DNA of 64,000 nucleotides, from positions 21,550 to 85,549 of the forward strand of contig CAYOEG010000001.1 of the NCBI GenBank assembly GCA_964403155.1, given 5' to 3'. Both the position numbers and the translations under genes were made by a program. Below are positions 9,494 through 20,341 of this stretch, in pieces (the stretch's first letter is position 1; each line of letters opens with the position of its first letter). The stretch is from an uncultured Candidatus Saccharibacteria bacterium (GTDB lineage Bacteria > Patescibacteriota > Dojkabacteria > SC72). A model generated the notes under the pieces. It made no database searches and was not told the DNA's origin. It saw only the letters and a program-made list of their open reading frames with translations.

Positions 9494-11977
9494 ATGAAAG
9501 TATCAGTCAATATATTAAAACAGTTAGGGAACATAGAGCAGGAAAGCACAGACATTGTTAATGCAATCAAAGAGCACCTTGGGGAAGTTGAATCTGTTCA
9601 AGATCTATCTTCAGATTATGAAAATATCATAGTAGCAGAGATTGCAGAGAAAGCAGATCATCCTAATGCTGAGAAACTGGGTGTATACCAATTGAACATA
9701 GGACCAGAGGATAACGTACAAGTATTAGCCGGAGACAAGACACTAGAGATAGGAGACAAAATCGCATATCTAAAACCAGGTGCGAAGATTCCTTACACAA
9801 TATATTCGGAAGAAGAGCCAATTGTCATCGAACCTCGTAAAATGAGAGATATTATGTCCAATGGTATGATGGGTTCAGAAAAAGAGTTGAATCTTGGTCC
9901 AGACCATACTGTAGTCATGCGTCTCGCTAAAGATGCTGTCCCGGGCCAACCATTTGCACAATACTATCAACTTGATGACTGCATAATAGATGTAGAAAAC
10001 AAAGCATTAACAAATAGGGGAGACCTATTCGGCTTACTAGGGTTAGCTAGAGAAATAACTGTAATCTTCGGGAACAGCTTCAAAACTCCATCCTGGTATC
10101 TTGATCAATCTAAAGATCTATCTTCAGAAACAAATTGTTTGCCAATAGGGATTGCAAATGATGCAGAAGTACTTTGCGCAAGGTATACCGCAATTGCTAT
10201 GGATAATGTGACAATACAAGAATCACCATTGTGGCTAAAAAGCACACTCATTAAACTAGGATACAAACCAATTAACAATATAGTAGATATTACCAACTAT
10301 ATTTCGCATCTCGCAGGTCAACCATTGCATGCGTTTGACTATGACAAAGTTGTAACCAAAGACCCTAATAGTAATGGAATTGCTCATATCAATATACGAA
10401 TGGCAAAAGAAGGAGAAAGTATTCTTGGGCTTGATGGAAAAGTACACACACTTAATGATCGTGTCATGATTATCGCAGATAACACCAATCCAATTGCTAT
10501 CGCTGGCATCATGGGAGGTGCGGAAACAGAAGTAGATCAGAATACCAAAAGAATTATTATTGAATGTGCGAACTTTGACAAGACAAGCATTAGAAAGACC
10601 TCGATGATGTTAGGACTCTCCACGGAGGCTGCTACGAAGTTTAAGCATGCAATTTCAACCGAGCAATGTATTCCTGTTCTAAAAGAAACAGTAAAAGAAA
10701 TACAAGAGCTAGCAAATGGCAAGATCGCTTCCGATATCATTGATATTTACCAGACACCGGCTGTACAAAAAGAAATCACTTTCTCATTGGAAAATCTAAG
10801 ATTATTAACGGGGTTAGATCTTAGCAATGAGACTGTTTTACAGATACTATCTAATCTTGAATACGAAGTTGTTAGGGAGAAAGATGAAAACATAACAGTA
10901 AAAGCTCCACATTGGAGACAGGATATTGGCATAAAAGAGGATATCTTTGAAGATGTTGCAAGAATATACGGCTACAACAACATAGGACCAATACTTCCTA
11001 CCAAAGAACTTACACCTGCAAGAGACAATGGTATCTATGCGTTAAAACGAAATATTAGGCAATTGCTTTCAGATAATGGATGTAACGAAACGGATACATA
11101 TAGTTTTACTGATGCAAATACAATCAAGAGAGCAGGGCTCGATCCAGAGAAAGCATATTCTCTCAAGAATCCGCTTTCACCAGAACTTTCTCTAATGAGG
11201 ACATCTATCTTGCCAACCTTACTCTCAAAGGCTCAGTACAATATACAAGAGGGTATCGAGAAATTGGGATTGTTTGAAATGAACCTAGCACATCAGAAGG
11301 GATATTCAGAAAAAGATGGTTTACCAATAGAAGATTGGCATCTCAGTATGATTTTCACCTCAGCAGAAAAACGAGAAGACTCAGCATATTACCTAGCCAA
11401 GGTATATGCGGAGAAGATATTCGATATGGTTGGTATAAGACCAAATTACAAATTGATTGCAGATTCTTTAGAGGAAGACATTCCTGAGAATGTAAAATAT
11501 ATAATGTATATGTTTGATGCTAATAGTTCTGCTTTGATTCTCCATCAAGGCGAGGTTATTGGATTACTCGGAGAAATTGATAACAAGGTTAAAGTAAATT
11601 TCAAACTTCCCCAATTTACAGCTGGAGTTGATATAAATCTTGAAAAATTGATTGCACTAGAGAATAGTACAAAAGCAAGTCATAGGATTTCTAAATTCCC
11701 AGAGAGTAGGGTAGATCTCTGTTTTGAAGTGGAAAGTAATACTCTTTTTTCTGATCTTTATGAAATCATAAATAAAGAGGTAAATGGTGATGAACTGATA
11801 GGAACTACAACTTGTTTGGATATATATCAGGATAAAAAGGACAATACAAAGAAGAAAATAACCATGAGAGTCTCTATCAGAAATACTGAGAAGACTTTGG
11901 CCGATAAAGATTTGAAGAAAATTACAGAATCAATCTCTAGCAAGGTTACAAAATCTACAGGAGGAATCTTAATCTAG
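9494..11977 (+). CDS. pheT: phenylalanyl-tRNA synthetase beta subunit
   Basis: It immediately follows pheS. The length (827 aa) and the B3/4 and B5 regions fit PheT. Confidence 0.85.
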   Translation: MKVSVNILKQLGNIEQESTDIVNAIKEHLGEVESVQDLSSDYENIIVAEIAEKADHPNAEKLGVYQLNIGPEDNVQVLAGDKTLEIGDKIAYLKPGAKIPYTIYSEEEPIVIEPRKMRDIMSNGMMGSEKELNLGPDHTVVMRLAKDAVPGQPFAQYYQLDDCIIDVENKALTNRGDLFGLLGLAREITVIFGNSFKTPSWYLDQSKDLSSETNCLPIGIANDAEVLCARYTAIAMDNVTIQESPLWLKSTLIKLGYKPINNIVDITNYISHLAGQPLHAFDYDKVVTKDPNSNGIAHINIRMAKEGESILGLDGKVHTLNDRVMIIADNTNPIAIAGIMGGAETEVDQNTKRIIIECANFDKTSIRKTSMMLGLSTEAATKFKHAISTEQCIPVLKETVKEIQELANGKIASDIIDIYQTPAVQKEITFSLENLRLLTGLDLSNETVLQILSNLEYEVVREKDENITVKAPHWRQDIGIKEDIFEDVARIYGYNNIGPILPTKELTPARDNGIYALKRNIRQLLSDNGCNETDTYSFTDANTIKRAGLDPEKAYSLKNPLSPELSLMRTSILPTLLSKAQYNIQEGIEKLGLFEMNLAHQKGYSEKDGLPIEDWHLSMIFTSAEKREDSAYYLAKVYAEKIFDMVGIRPNYKLIADSLEEDIPENVKYIMYMFDANSSALILHQGEVIGLLGEIDNKVKVNFKLPQFTAGVDINLEKLIALENSTKASHRISKFPESRVDLCFEVESNTLFSDLYEIINKEVNGDELIGTTTCLDIYQDKKDNTKKKITMRVSIRNTEKTLADKDLKKITESISSKVTKSTGGILI

Positions 11978-14772
11978 TAAGTAACAGTTATCGAAGGCGC
12001 AGTTATAGTCACACCGCTTTTTGATGCGGTAGCTTTAATTGTATATGTTCCATGTGCCATGCCAGATACATTCCAAGTATATCTCCAACCATCTCCACCA
12101 CTAGTGTCAGTACCACTTGCAACAGTACTACCTCCACTTACAACATAAAATGTGACACTATCAACAGAGCCACCAGTAGGATTAGCGATAATATCAGTAT
12201 TTCCTGTGATAGTTTTTCCATCTTCAGGATTTATTATACTTAATGAAATACTAGATCCTGCCGCAAGAACATTAATATTTACATTTGCAGTATTTGATTT
12301 ACCATAATTATCAACTGCAGTTACATTCACAGTATGTGTACCTATGCTTGTGGACGCAGGTACAACATAACTAATTGTAAAACTTCCATTGGCTTCAACA
12401 TTTGCACCCGCAATACTACTCCCATCAAACTTTACAGTAAAACTAGAAATACTCTCTAAAAATGCCACCGATCCTGAAATTGTCAAAGTACTTCCTGCTT
12501 CGACAGATTGATTCGCAGAAGGTGCAGCAATGTCTACAACAGGTGCATTATCAGGACCTAAAGGCAATGCACAAACTGCAGTAGCTGGCTCAGAAGTTAG
12601 ATATACTGATCCCTCCATCCCAGTCAAATATTTCTCATATGCTGCTTGTTGTAAAGTATTCGATAATTTATTTGTGATAACGTACTTAGTTGTAGTCAAA
12701 CCATACTTCTGTGCCGCAGAAAGGTTGGATGGAACTAAATTAGTAGAGGCACAAACTTCAACAGCCTTCCTTGTATCAGCCGCAGGTGCGCCACCATCAA
12801 CATACACAGAAGCTTCTTTTGTACATCCACTTCCCTCCGCAGGAGAAGCTCCAGTATCAGTACAAACTGTAGTAGATAATACACCCGCTGGTCGATTGTA
12901 TGTCCCTGGGACATATGTATCCGCAACTCTCTTTACAAATGAATTCGCAATACGTAACGGTATAGTTGATCCCCAAGCGCCTGGTGCAACCTCACCATTA
13001 TTATTTCCATTCCATACTGCAACAACAAGATTCTGATAGTAAAGAATTGTAGTCAAATCCTTTGGTCCATCAGTAGTTCCTGTTTTCCCACAAATTCTCT
13101 TTCCATTTATTGTGTAGTATCCATTATCTGGACGATCATTAAAACCAGCGAGATCACAGAGCATCCAGTTCACAAGATATATTTGATTTTCTTTGTACAC
13201 ACGATTACCCACAGGTTCTTTGAATTCCTGCAAAACCTCTCCACTAGAATCTTCAACCTTCAATAGGGCGATAGTATCATATTTAGTACCACCATTAGCT
13301 AATACAGAATATGCAGCAGCATGTTCTAACAACGTCTCTTCACCAGAACCTAAGGCTAAACTTAAACCATATCCAGCCTTATCTGAAAGACTTGTTATAC
13401 CAACTGTCTCAGCTGTCTTTAAGAAATTATCAATTCCTACCATCTGTAATGTATATACTGCAGGGACATTTCTTGAGTATACCAGGGCTTTTCTTGCGGT
13501 CATTAACCCAATATTTTTCGAATCCCAGTTTTTAGGATCGTAAGTTCCAAAGCTGATTTGTTCTAGATCTGGAGCTTCTGTCCAAGGACCATAACCTTGA
13601 GTAATTGCAGTTAGATAGACAAATGGTTTGATCGAAGAACCCATTTGCCTTTTACTAACTGTGATATTTACATTCCCATCAACTCTTGGATCTTCAACAT
13701 TCCAATAATCCACAGAACCAACCATCGCTAAAACCTGCCCATTATTAGGATCAAGAACAACCATTGCACCATTATTAACATTATTTTTTCTTCCACTATC
13801 TACACCTTTCTGGATCTCTTCCTCTGCAATCTGTTGAGTAGAGTAATCAAGTGTAGTTGTGACCTTCAAGCCACCTCTTTCTACACGATCAATACCATAC
13901 TCATCTACAAGGAGCTGTTTAACATAGAAGACAAAATGAGGAGCTTTGATATCAATTACTTTATCACTGTAGACAATCTCTTCATTCCGAGCAGCCTCTA
14001 TTTCCTCATCCGTAACCCCAGTCATATCCTTATGCTTTTGCATCTGGTCAAGCACATAATTTCTTCTGACATCTGCCATATCTGGGTTGGTACCATAGAG
14101 TGGAGAATACACACCAGGGCTTTGAATTAAACCCGCGAGGACAGCACTTTCAGCAAGAGTAAGCTCACTAACATCCTTGCCAAAATATGCATTTGCTGCA
14201 GCCTGGAAACCATAATTTACACCACCCAAAGGAATTTCATTCATATACATCTGCAAAATCTCATCCTTAGTCAAAGTTTGCTCCACCTGCATTGTAATTA
14301 AAATTTCCTTTATTTTTCTCAGATATGTTTGATCATATGCCTCATCTCCAAGAACATCATAAAGGATTGTATTCCTAACAAGCTGTTGAGTAATGGTACT
14401 AGCACCACCAGTAATACCGCCGGAAGTAATATTACGTAGAGCCGCAGAAGCAATCCCCTTGTAGTCAAGGCCCTTGTGCTGATAGAACTCTATATCTTCC
14501 GCAGATAATACTGCCCATTTTGTGTAATCAGGGATCTTATCTATAGATACAAATTCTCTGTTCTGATTTCCGTAAATTGTATAAAGGAGGGTTCCATTTC
14601 TATCAAATATCTGAGTACTCTTTTCAGAAGTCCTAGATACTAATTCATCCGGAGAAGGCAACGATTTCTGAAGATTTTTAAGGAAAATACCTACTACTAA
14701 AAGAATAATACAACCAATGAAGAAAAGAATGCCGACACCAATATATAGTATCTTCTTCATTTTGGGCTTCAT
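11974..14772 (-). CDS. class A penicillin-binding protein (transglycosylase/transpeptidase) with C-terminal Ig-like domains
   Basis: GT51 motifs (EDIEFYQHKG, GGASTITQQLVRN), transpeptidase SSIKP / SRN / KTGTT, and an N-terminal TM. The C-terminal ~250 aa look Big/Ig-like. The ORF extends to 14925, but MKPKMKKIL (about 14772) is the likely start. Confidence 0.85.
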   Translation of the reverse strand: MKPKMKKILYIGVGILFFIGCIILLVVGIFLKNLQKSLPSPDELVSRTSEKSTQIFDRNGTLLYTIYGNQNREFVSIDKIPDYTKWAVLSAEDIEFYQHKGLDYKGIASAALRNITSGGITGGASTITQQLVRNTILYDVLGDEAYDQTYLRKIKEILITMQVEQTLTKDEILQMYMNEIPLGGVNYGFQAAANAYFGKDVSELTLAESAVLAGLIQSPGVYSPLYGTNPDMADVRRNYVLDQMQKHKDMTGVTDEEIEAARNEEIVYSDKVIDIKAPHFVFYVKQLLVDEYGIDRVERGGLKVTTTLDYSTQQIAEEEIQKGVDSGRKNNVNNGAMVVLDPNNGQVLAMVGSVDYWNVEDPRVDGNVNITVSKRQMGSSIKPFVYLTAITQGYGPWTEAPDLEQISFGTYDPKNWDSKNIGLMTARKALVYSRNVPAVYTLQMVGIDNFLKTAETVGITSLSDKAGYGLSLALGSGEETLLEHAAAYSVLANGGTKYDTIALLKVEDSSGEVLQEFKEPVGNRVYKENQIYLVNWMLCDLAGFNDRPDNGYYTINGKRICGKTGTTDGPKDLTTILYYQNLVVAVWNGNNNGEVAPGAWGSTIPLRIANSFVKRVADTYVPGTYNRPAGVLSTTVCTDTGASPAEGSGCTKEASVYVDGGAPAADTRKAVEVCASTNLVPSNLSAAQKYGLTTTKYVITNKLSNTLQQAAYEKYLTGMEGSVYLTSEPATAVCALPLGPDNAPVVDIAAPSANQSVEAGSTLTISGSVAFLESISSFTVKFDGSSIAGANVEANGSFTISYVVPASTSIGTHTVNVTAVDNYGKSNTANVNINVLAAGSSISLSIINPEDGKTITGNTDIIANPTGGSVDSVTFYVVSGGSTVASGTDTSGGDGWRYTWNVSGMAHGTYTIKATASKSGVTITAPSITVTY

Positions 14773-15038
14773 TGGCTTCTTAGTTTTTACTCGAGAGCTC
14801 TTCGATGGATTTGTATCGCTAAATCTCTTGAACACATTATACGATGCTAATCCATGTGATCTACTAATGGATCTTCTTGCAGAACTTGGTCTTCTAGAGT
14901 TAGAAATCCCTACGCTATATTTCATTCTTTTCTGTATCTTGGCAGATTATATATATACTCAGACTATATATAATTTACCTTATTTATTCAAGCCAAGAAA
15001 ATCGTTAAGAGTGTTAAACTGTGTGATATAATTTCGAT

Positions 15039-16331
15039 ATGGAAAACAAACTTTCAACAGCACCATACAAAGGAGCGACAGATGTATATCCTAAAGATAT
15101 GCTAACTAAATCATATCTTTTTGATATCTGGAAATCAGTAGCCGAGAGATTTGGATTTGAAGAATATGATACCCCAATTCTAGAGGAAGCAGAGCTTTAC
15201 AGAGCGAAATCAGGAGATGAGCTTGCTAATACACAACTTTACAATTTTGTAGATAAGGGTGGGAGAGAGGTTGCCATAAGACCAGAGATGACACCATCTC
15301 TTGCAAGAATGGTAGCCGCAAAGAAAAATGAGTTAATATTTCCATTAAGATGGTTCAACATTAGCAAATACTACAGATATGAGAAGCCACAGAAGGGTCG
15401 AAGACGGGAATTCATTCAACTTAATATCGACATATTAGGTGTTCCTACATTAGAAGCAGAGGTTGAGATATTCCAGTATATTCTCACCGTTATGAAAGAA
15501 TTAAAAGCGCCTTCAAATACGTATGAGATTCGTGTTAATAGTAGATATCTCCTAGACTATCTTTTTGAAAATATTCTAAAACTTTCCTTAGAGAAAAAAC
15601 CTAAGGTTGCAAGAGCTATAGATAACTACACAAAGCTAAGTAATACTGAGTTTGTTGAATATCTGAAGGAACTTGAATTAACAAAAACTCAAATCGAGAG
15701 TTTACTGGATTTCCTCAAATGGGATCTAAAGGATCTAAAAAAGATTGAAGATAAATCTTCTGGAGCAAAGGATTTACTAGAATTGTTCGATAGAATAAAA
15801 ACTCTTGGCTTAACAAATATCCGCTTTGAACCATCTATCATGAGAGGGCTAGCATACTACACTGGTACCGTCATAGAGATGTTTGATATCGGAAGTAAAG
15901 AGAATCCACGCGCACTATTCGGAGGAGGAAGGTATGATGATCTTCTTTCTATGTTTGGACAGGAGAAGCTCCCAGCATTTGGCATTGGTTGGGGAGATAT
16001 AACCACAGAAGACTATCTTAGGACCTATGATCTAATTCCAAAAGAAACAACAAAGACGAAAGTCTTTATTCCCTTGTTAGATCAAAAGCTATACCCATAT
16101 ATTCAGGAAATCGCAAGAAAACTAAGAGATTCAAAAATCAATGTGGAAGTCCAACTAGTTATAGCAAAGCTTGGGAATCAACTCAAATATGCATCCAAAA
16201 AGAATATCCCATGGGTAATCATAATTGGAGATGAGGAAAAAGTTGCAAAACAAATGCAACTCAAAAATATGGCATCTGGTGAACAATCATTGGTTTCTCT
16301 TGAGGAAGCTATCAATACTCTCAACCTGTAA
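15039..16331 (+). CDS. hisS: histidyl-tRNA synthetase
   Basis: Class II motifs (RPEMTPSLARM, GGGRYD) and a C-terminal anticodon-binding domain. Confidence 0.85.
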   Translation: MENKLSTAPYKGATDVYPKDMLTKSYLFDIWKSVAERFGFEEYDTPILEEAELYRAKSGDELANTQLYNFVDKGGREVAIRPEMTPSLARMVAAKKNELIFPLRWFNISKYYRYEKPQKGRRREFIQLNIDILGVPTLEAEVEIFQYILTVMKELKAPSNTYEIRVNSRYLLDYLFENILKLSLEKKPKVARAIDNYTKLSNTEFVEYLKELELTKTQIESLLDFLKWDLKDLKKIEDKSSGAKDLLELFDRIKTLGLTNIRFEPSIMRGLAYYTGTVIEMFDIGSKENPRALFGGGRYDDLLSMFGQEKLPAFGIGWGDITTEDYLRTYDLIPKETTKTKVFIPLLDQKLYPYIQEIARKLRDSKINVEVQLVIAKLGNQLKYASKKNIPWVIIIGDEEKVAKQMQLKNMASGEQSLVSLEEAINTLNL

Positions 16332-16368
16332 ATATTTTGTAAGAATTGTGTAGTAGTATTTACCCATT

Positions 16369-17040
16369 ATGACTTATGAGGTAGCGTGCCTATTACATCA
16401 TCAAAGGTGTAAGGATATTTTTCGTGCAGTACACATACAAGATGTTAGAATTACACTCTTACACGAGGTTTCAGAGTTTATCCAACAAGTCAAAGCCCCA
16501 AAATACGCCCTTTTAATCGTAGATACTAGGCATAAAGATTCTGAAAAATTACTAAGAAATATAATTTCCAAAGAGTTATCCAATTCAACGATAATTATTA
16601 CATCACAGTTTAACCAAGAAACTTTTCGAAAATATGTAAAGCTAGGATATCGATATATTGTCGATATTGATACATTTGTGTGTCTTGTGCCTACAATATT
16701 AGAGAATTTAGTAGAATTTATTCAGAATGATTTCCAAGCCCCAAGAGAAATTACGAAAAGAGGAGTTACGATTTCAATTGAATGTGGGTACATTATCTTT
16801 CATGGTTGTAAAATAACAACATCAAGATCAGCATTATTACTTCTTTGTGCGCTATTAAATTCTAATGGCTATTGCAATTCTACATATCTTCAAAGTTACT
16901 TAGAGAAAGCAATCAAAACAGAGGTATCATCATCATACATAACAGTTACAATCAGTAGGTTAAATAGAGAGATATACATTGCAACAGGCATGAAGATTAT
17001 TAAAAACCGATATGGTTTCGGCTACTATCTGGATATCTAA
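16369..17040 (+). CDS. putative OmpR/PhoB-type winged-helix regulator with degenerate receiver-like N-terminus
   Basis: The C-terminal TISRLNREIY..IKNRYGFGYYLD resembles the OmpR trans_reg_C wing. The N-terminus has LLIVD but lacks the acidic pocket. Confidence 0.4.
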   Translation: MTYEVACLLHHQRCKDIFRAVHIQDVRITLLHEVSEFIQQVKAPKYALLIVDTRHKDSEKLLRNIISKELSNSTIIITSQFNQETFRKYVKLGYRYIVDIDTFVCLVPTILENLVEFIQNDFQAPREITKRGVTISIECGYIIFHGCKITTSRSALLLLCALLNSNGYCNSTYLQSYLEKAIKTEVSSSYITVTISRLNREIYIATGMKIIKNRYGFGYYLDI

Positions 17041-19649
17041 ATCTTCTTCTTCCACTCAGATATTTTGTTTAATGCTTCTAGTGGCGTCAAATTATCAAGA
17101 TTTAATTTCTGTATCTCTTGTTCTACTTCTGAATCTTTTGCTGTAAAAAGTGGGAATTGGAAGGCTCCGTTTATCTCTTTCTTATTATTTCCCTCCTCTA
17201 CAGAAGAGGCAAACATTTCTGTATCTCTTAACTCATTTTTCTTTTCAAACATACTCTTTTGTTCAAAACTTTCAAGTATTTCATTAGCACGCTTAATAAT
17301 TTTTGTCGGGAGCCCAGCCATCTTTGCTACATAGATTCCATAACTTCTATCTGTTCCTCCTTTTACAATCTTCCTAAGGAATATAACAGTACCTTCTTCG
17401 AGATCTTCTTCTACAAGTACATTGTAATTCTGTACTTTCTCGGGAAATTTCTCTGAGAGTTTCAAAAGCTCATGGTAGTGAGTAGCAAACAAGGTTCTAG
17501 CCTTACCCTCATTTACAAGATATTCAGCAATAGCCCAGGCAATACTAACTCCATCATATGTACTTGTACCTCGTCCAACCTCATCCAAAACAATCAAGCT
17601 ATACTTGGTAGCATTGTTTATAATATTCGCAGCCTCATCCATCTCGACCATGAATGTACTCCTTCCTCTAGAAAGATCGTCCGATGCACCAACTCTTGTA
17701 AATATCCTATCTACAATCGATATGTTTGCCTCTGATGCAGATACAAAACTGCCTATCTGTGCCATCAATACAATAGTTGCAACCTGTCTAATATATGTTG
17801 ACTTACCAGACATGTTTGGGCCAGTAAGGATAGCCATACATGACTCATTAAAATTGAGCAAAGTATCGTTTGATATGAATTCTTCAGATGAGATTTTCTC
17901 AACAATAGGGTGACGACCTTTCTTAATTTCAAGAGTTCCATCTTGCTCACCAATTTCATATACAGTTGGTTTAACATAGTTGTTCTGAATCGCAACATAT
18001 GCAAAATTAGATAGTACATCAATATTTGAAACGAATTGTGCAATGATATGTAATTCTTCAAGGTAGGGGATAAAGGTATCTCTAAATTCACTAAATATTT
18101 TGTATTCTAATGCACCTATTTTCTCTTGTGCATTCAAAATTATATTCTCCTTCTCTTTTAGTTCTTCTGTAATGAATCGCTCCGCATTCACGAGCGTCTG
18201 CTTTCGGATATATCTTTCTGGGACTTTGTTTAGATGTGTATTTGTAACTTCTATGTAATACCCGAATACTTTGTTGAAGCTAATTTTTAATGATGTGATA
18301 CCTGTACGTGCTTTCTCCTCTTCCTCAAATTTGTTCAACCATGATTTGCTATCTCCACTTAATGATCTTAATTCATCCACCTCAAGATTGTATCCTGTTT
18401 TGATAATTCCACCTTCTGTAAGGGTAGGGGGAGGATCGTCTGAAATGGTTTTCTCTATATCCTCAATGAGTTTACCCATTAGCTCCTTGTCTATATCTAT
18501 TTTCATTCCAAGTTCTTTTTCCAAAAGCTCAGATATATCAAGAATATTTTTTAATGATGCTTGAAGTGCATTAAAATCTCTTCCATTAGCTCTATTTAAT
18601 CCAATTTTCCCAACTATTCTATCAATATCATTTACATTACTTAAAGCTTCTCTTACTTTTTCTAAGACAGATGAGTTTTTAACAAATTCCTCAACGGTAC
18701 TTAGTCTTTCCTCTATGCTTTTCTTGTCTATTAACGGATTCAATATCCATGAGTAGAGGAGTCTTCTTCCCATTCGGGTAGAGGTTTGATCTAGTACTCC
18801 AAAGAGTGAATCGGATATATTTCCGCTGTATGCACTGGCTACAAGTTCCAAATTTCTAATAGTTGCTCTGTCCAGTACCATTGTCCTGTCTGTGTTCACT
18901 CGTTTGGGTTTGAGGATGTGTTTAGGGTCCATTAACTGAGTTTCTTTAATGTAATCCAAACACATTCCTACAGATATGATGTCTTGAGAATCAGTTGAGA
19001 TGTTTAGGCTTTCAATATTTTTAATGTCATAGAAGTCTTTAACTATCTCTTGTGCATATTCTTTGTTTTTGAGATTTTTACTTACAAAATGGACTGGTGT
19101 ATTGGGGAATATGAGGGTTTCTTCCCCTTCTAATACCAAAACTTCTTCAGGATAGTAGGAGGACAATATATTGTTTATGGTGTTCTCTGTATATTTCTCT
19201 GTTATGAGTAGGAACTCTCCTGTAGATACGTCACAGAGAGATATGGAAAGTATTTTCTTTTCTAGGTAGAAGCTAGCAAGGTATGAGTTTTTTACTACAT
19301 TGGCTTCATCTCCGTCTAGTGTTCCTGGTGTTACTATTCTTGTTACTCCTCTTTTTACTATGCCTTTTGCAAATTTAGGATCTTCTAGTTGGTCTACTAC
19401 CACCACACAGTATCCTGCTTCTATGAGTTTGGGTAGGTATTGGTCTATGGCTTTGTGAGGGAATCCAGCTAGTGGTACTTTGTTATTTTCTTTGTTTCTA
19501 GCAGTTAGGGTTATGTTTAATACTTTGGATGTTAGTTTGGCATCTTCTCCAAAACTTTCAAAGAAATCTCCCATTCTGTAGAGTAGTATTTTATCTGGGT
19601 ATTGCTTCTTAAAACCCAGATATTGTTTCATCATTGGTGTATCTTCCAT
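17037..19649 (-). CDS. mutS: DNA mismatch repair protein MutS
   Basis: TPMMKQYLGFKKQYPD..FFESFGEDA N-terminus and Walker A GPNMSGKSTYIRQ. The ORF extends to 19667, but the MEDTPMMKQY start is likely. Confidence 0.9.
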   Translation of the reverse strand: MEDTPMMKQYLGFKKQYPDKILLYRMGDFFESFGEDAKLTSKVLNITLTARNKENNKVPLAGFPHKAIDQYLPKLIEAGYCVVVVDQLEDPKFAKGIVKRGVTRIVTPGTLDGDEANVVKNSYLASFYLEKKILSISLCDVSTGEFLLITEKYTENTINNILSSYYPEEVLVLEGEETLIFPNTPVHFVSKNLKNKEYAQEIVKDFYDIKNIESLNISTDSQDIISVGMCLDYIKETQLMDPKHILKPKRVNTDRTMVLDRATIRNLELVASAYSGNISDSLFGVLDQTSTRMGRRLLYSWILNPLIDKKSIEERLSTVEEFVKNSSVLEKVREALSNVNDIDRIVGKIGLNRANGRDFNALQASLKNILDISELLEKELGMKIDIDKELMGKLIEDIEKTISDDPPPTLTEGGIIKTGYNLEVDELRSLSGDSKSWLNKFEEEEKARTGITSLKISFNKVFGYYIEVTNTHLNKVPERYIRKQTLVNAERFITEELKEKENIILNAQEKIGALEYKIFSEFRDTFIPYLEELHIIAQFVSNIDVLSNFAYVAIQNNYVKPTVYEIGEQDGTLEIKKGRHPIVEKISSEEFISNDTLLNFNESCMAILTGPNMSGKSTYIRQVATIVLMAQIGSFVSASEANISIVDRIFTRVGASDDLSRGRSTFMVEMDEAANIINNATKYSLIVLDEVGRGTSTYDGVSIAWAIAEYLVNEGKARTLFATHYHELLKLSEKFPEKVQNYNVLVEEDLEEGTVIFLRKIVKGGTDRSYGIYVAKMAGLPTKIIKRANEILESFEQKSMFEKKNELRDTEMFASSVEEGNNKKEINGAFQFPLFTAKDSEVEQEIQKLNLDNLTPLEALNKISEWKKKI

Positions 19650-19782
19650 GTATGGAAAGTATATCATAGAAACCTATAATGAGAGAAATAGAAATTACAT
19701 CAAATAGTGAATTTATTAAAAGGGCCTGTGGATACGATTATTATAGGTTGTTGAATCTCTTTTGGAATGATATAATATTTAA

Positions 19783-19878
19783 GTAATGAGGTATCACCTC
19801 AGGGGAGCTTTGCTTAAAGCAATAGCTTGACACTGACCTTTCTGAGAGTTGTAGGGAATAACAGCTCTCACTTTTTAT
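19783..19878 (+). ncRNA. candidate small RNA (promoter + hairpins + intrinsic terminator), unverified
   Basis: TTGTTG-17-TATAAT at 19748-19776. Downstream are the hairpins GAGGT-atc-ACCTC and TTGCT-taa-AGCAA. A terminator hairpin TGAGAG..CTCTCA sits at 19843-19870, followed by CTTTTTAT. There is no plus-strand ORF. Confidence 0.3.
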
Positions 19879-20336
19879 AAAACTTCCTTCCATTGATTTC
19901 TTTTTATTTTTCTCTCTTTTGCCTCTTTCGTTGTATGAAAAATTGTCACAAAGTCATAATATGGATTCGTATTTGAAAACTTCTTGTTAAAAACAATTGA
20001 TTTATTACATGACTTGATGTAAAAGACGGTCTTGCGATAACACACGTCTTCATAAATTACATATCCGCTTTCATTTCCTAATGCAAGATCTTCTAAAACA
20101 CAAAGATGCCGAGCTCGATTTTTTGAGAATATTGTTTTTCTATCCTTTTTTGTACGAGGAAGATCTTTATTATCACTATCAAAAAAGGCATGTAAGAATG
20201 TTGATTCTTCGAAGATAATTGGAAGATCTTCAATCTTAAATGGATTCTTAATCTCATGGGAAGGTATAACCAAATGATTTATATACCATTCCTTGTACTT
20301 TTGTGGATCATCTCCACACGACAGAATGGATGACAT
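19875..20336 (-). CDS. hypothetical protein
   Basis: 153-aa ORF, 6 bp downstream of the DUF3800-like gene on the same strand. No recognisable motif. Confidence 0.45.
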   Translation of the reverse strand: MSSILSCGDDPQKYKEWYINHLVIPSHEIKNPFKIEDLPIIFEESTFLHAFFDSDNKDLPRTKKDRKTIFSKNRARHLCVLEDLALGNESGYVIYEDVCYRKTVFYIKSCNKSIVFNKKFSNTNPYYDFVTIFHTTKEAKERKIKRNQWKEVL

Positions 20337-20341
20337 ATTGT

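Noticed and set aside
14717-15031. ORF 14717-15031(+) upstream of hisS
   Set aside because: It overlaps the 5' end of the PBP gene and the divergent promoter region. It has no motif and is likely non-coding.
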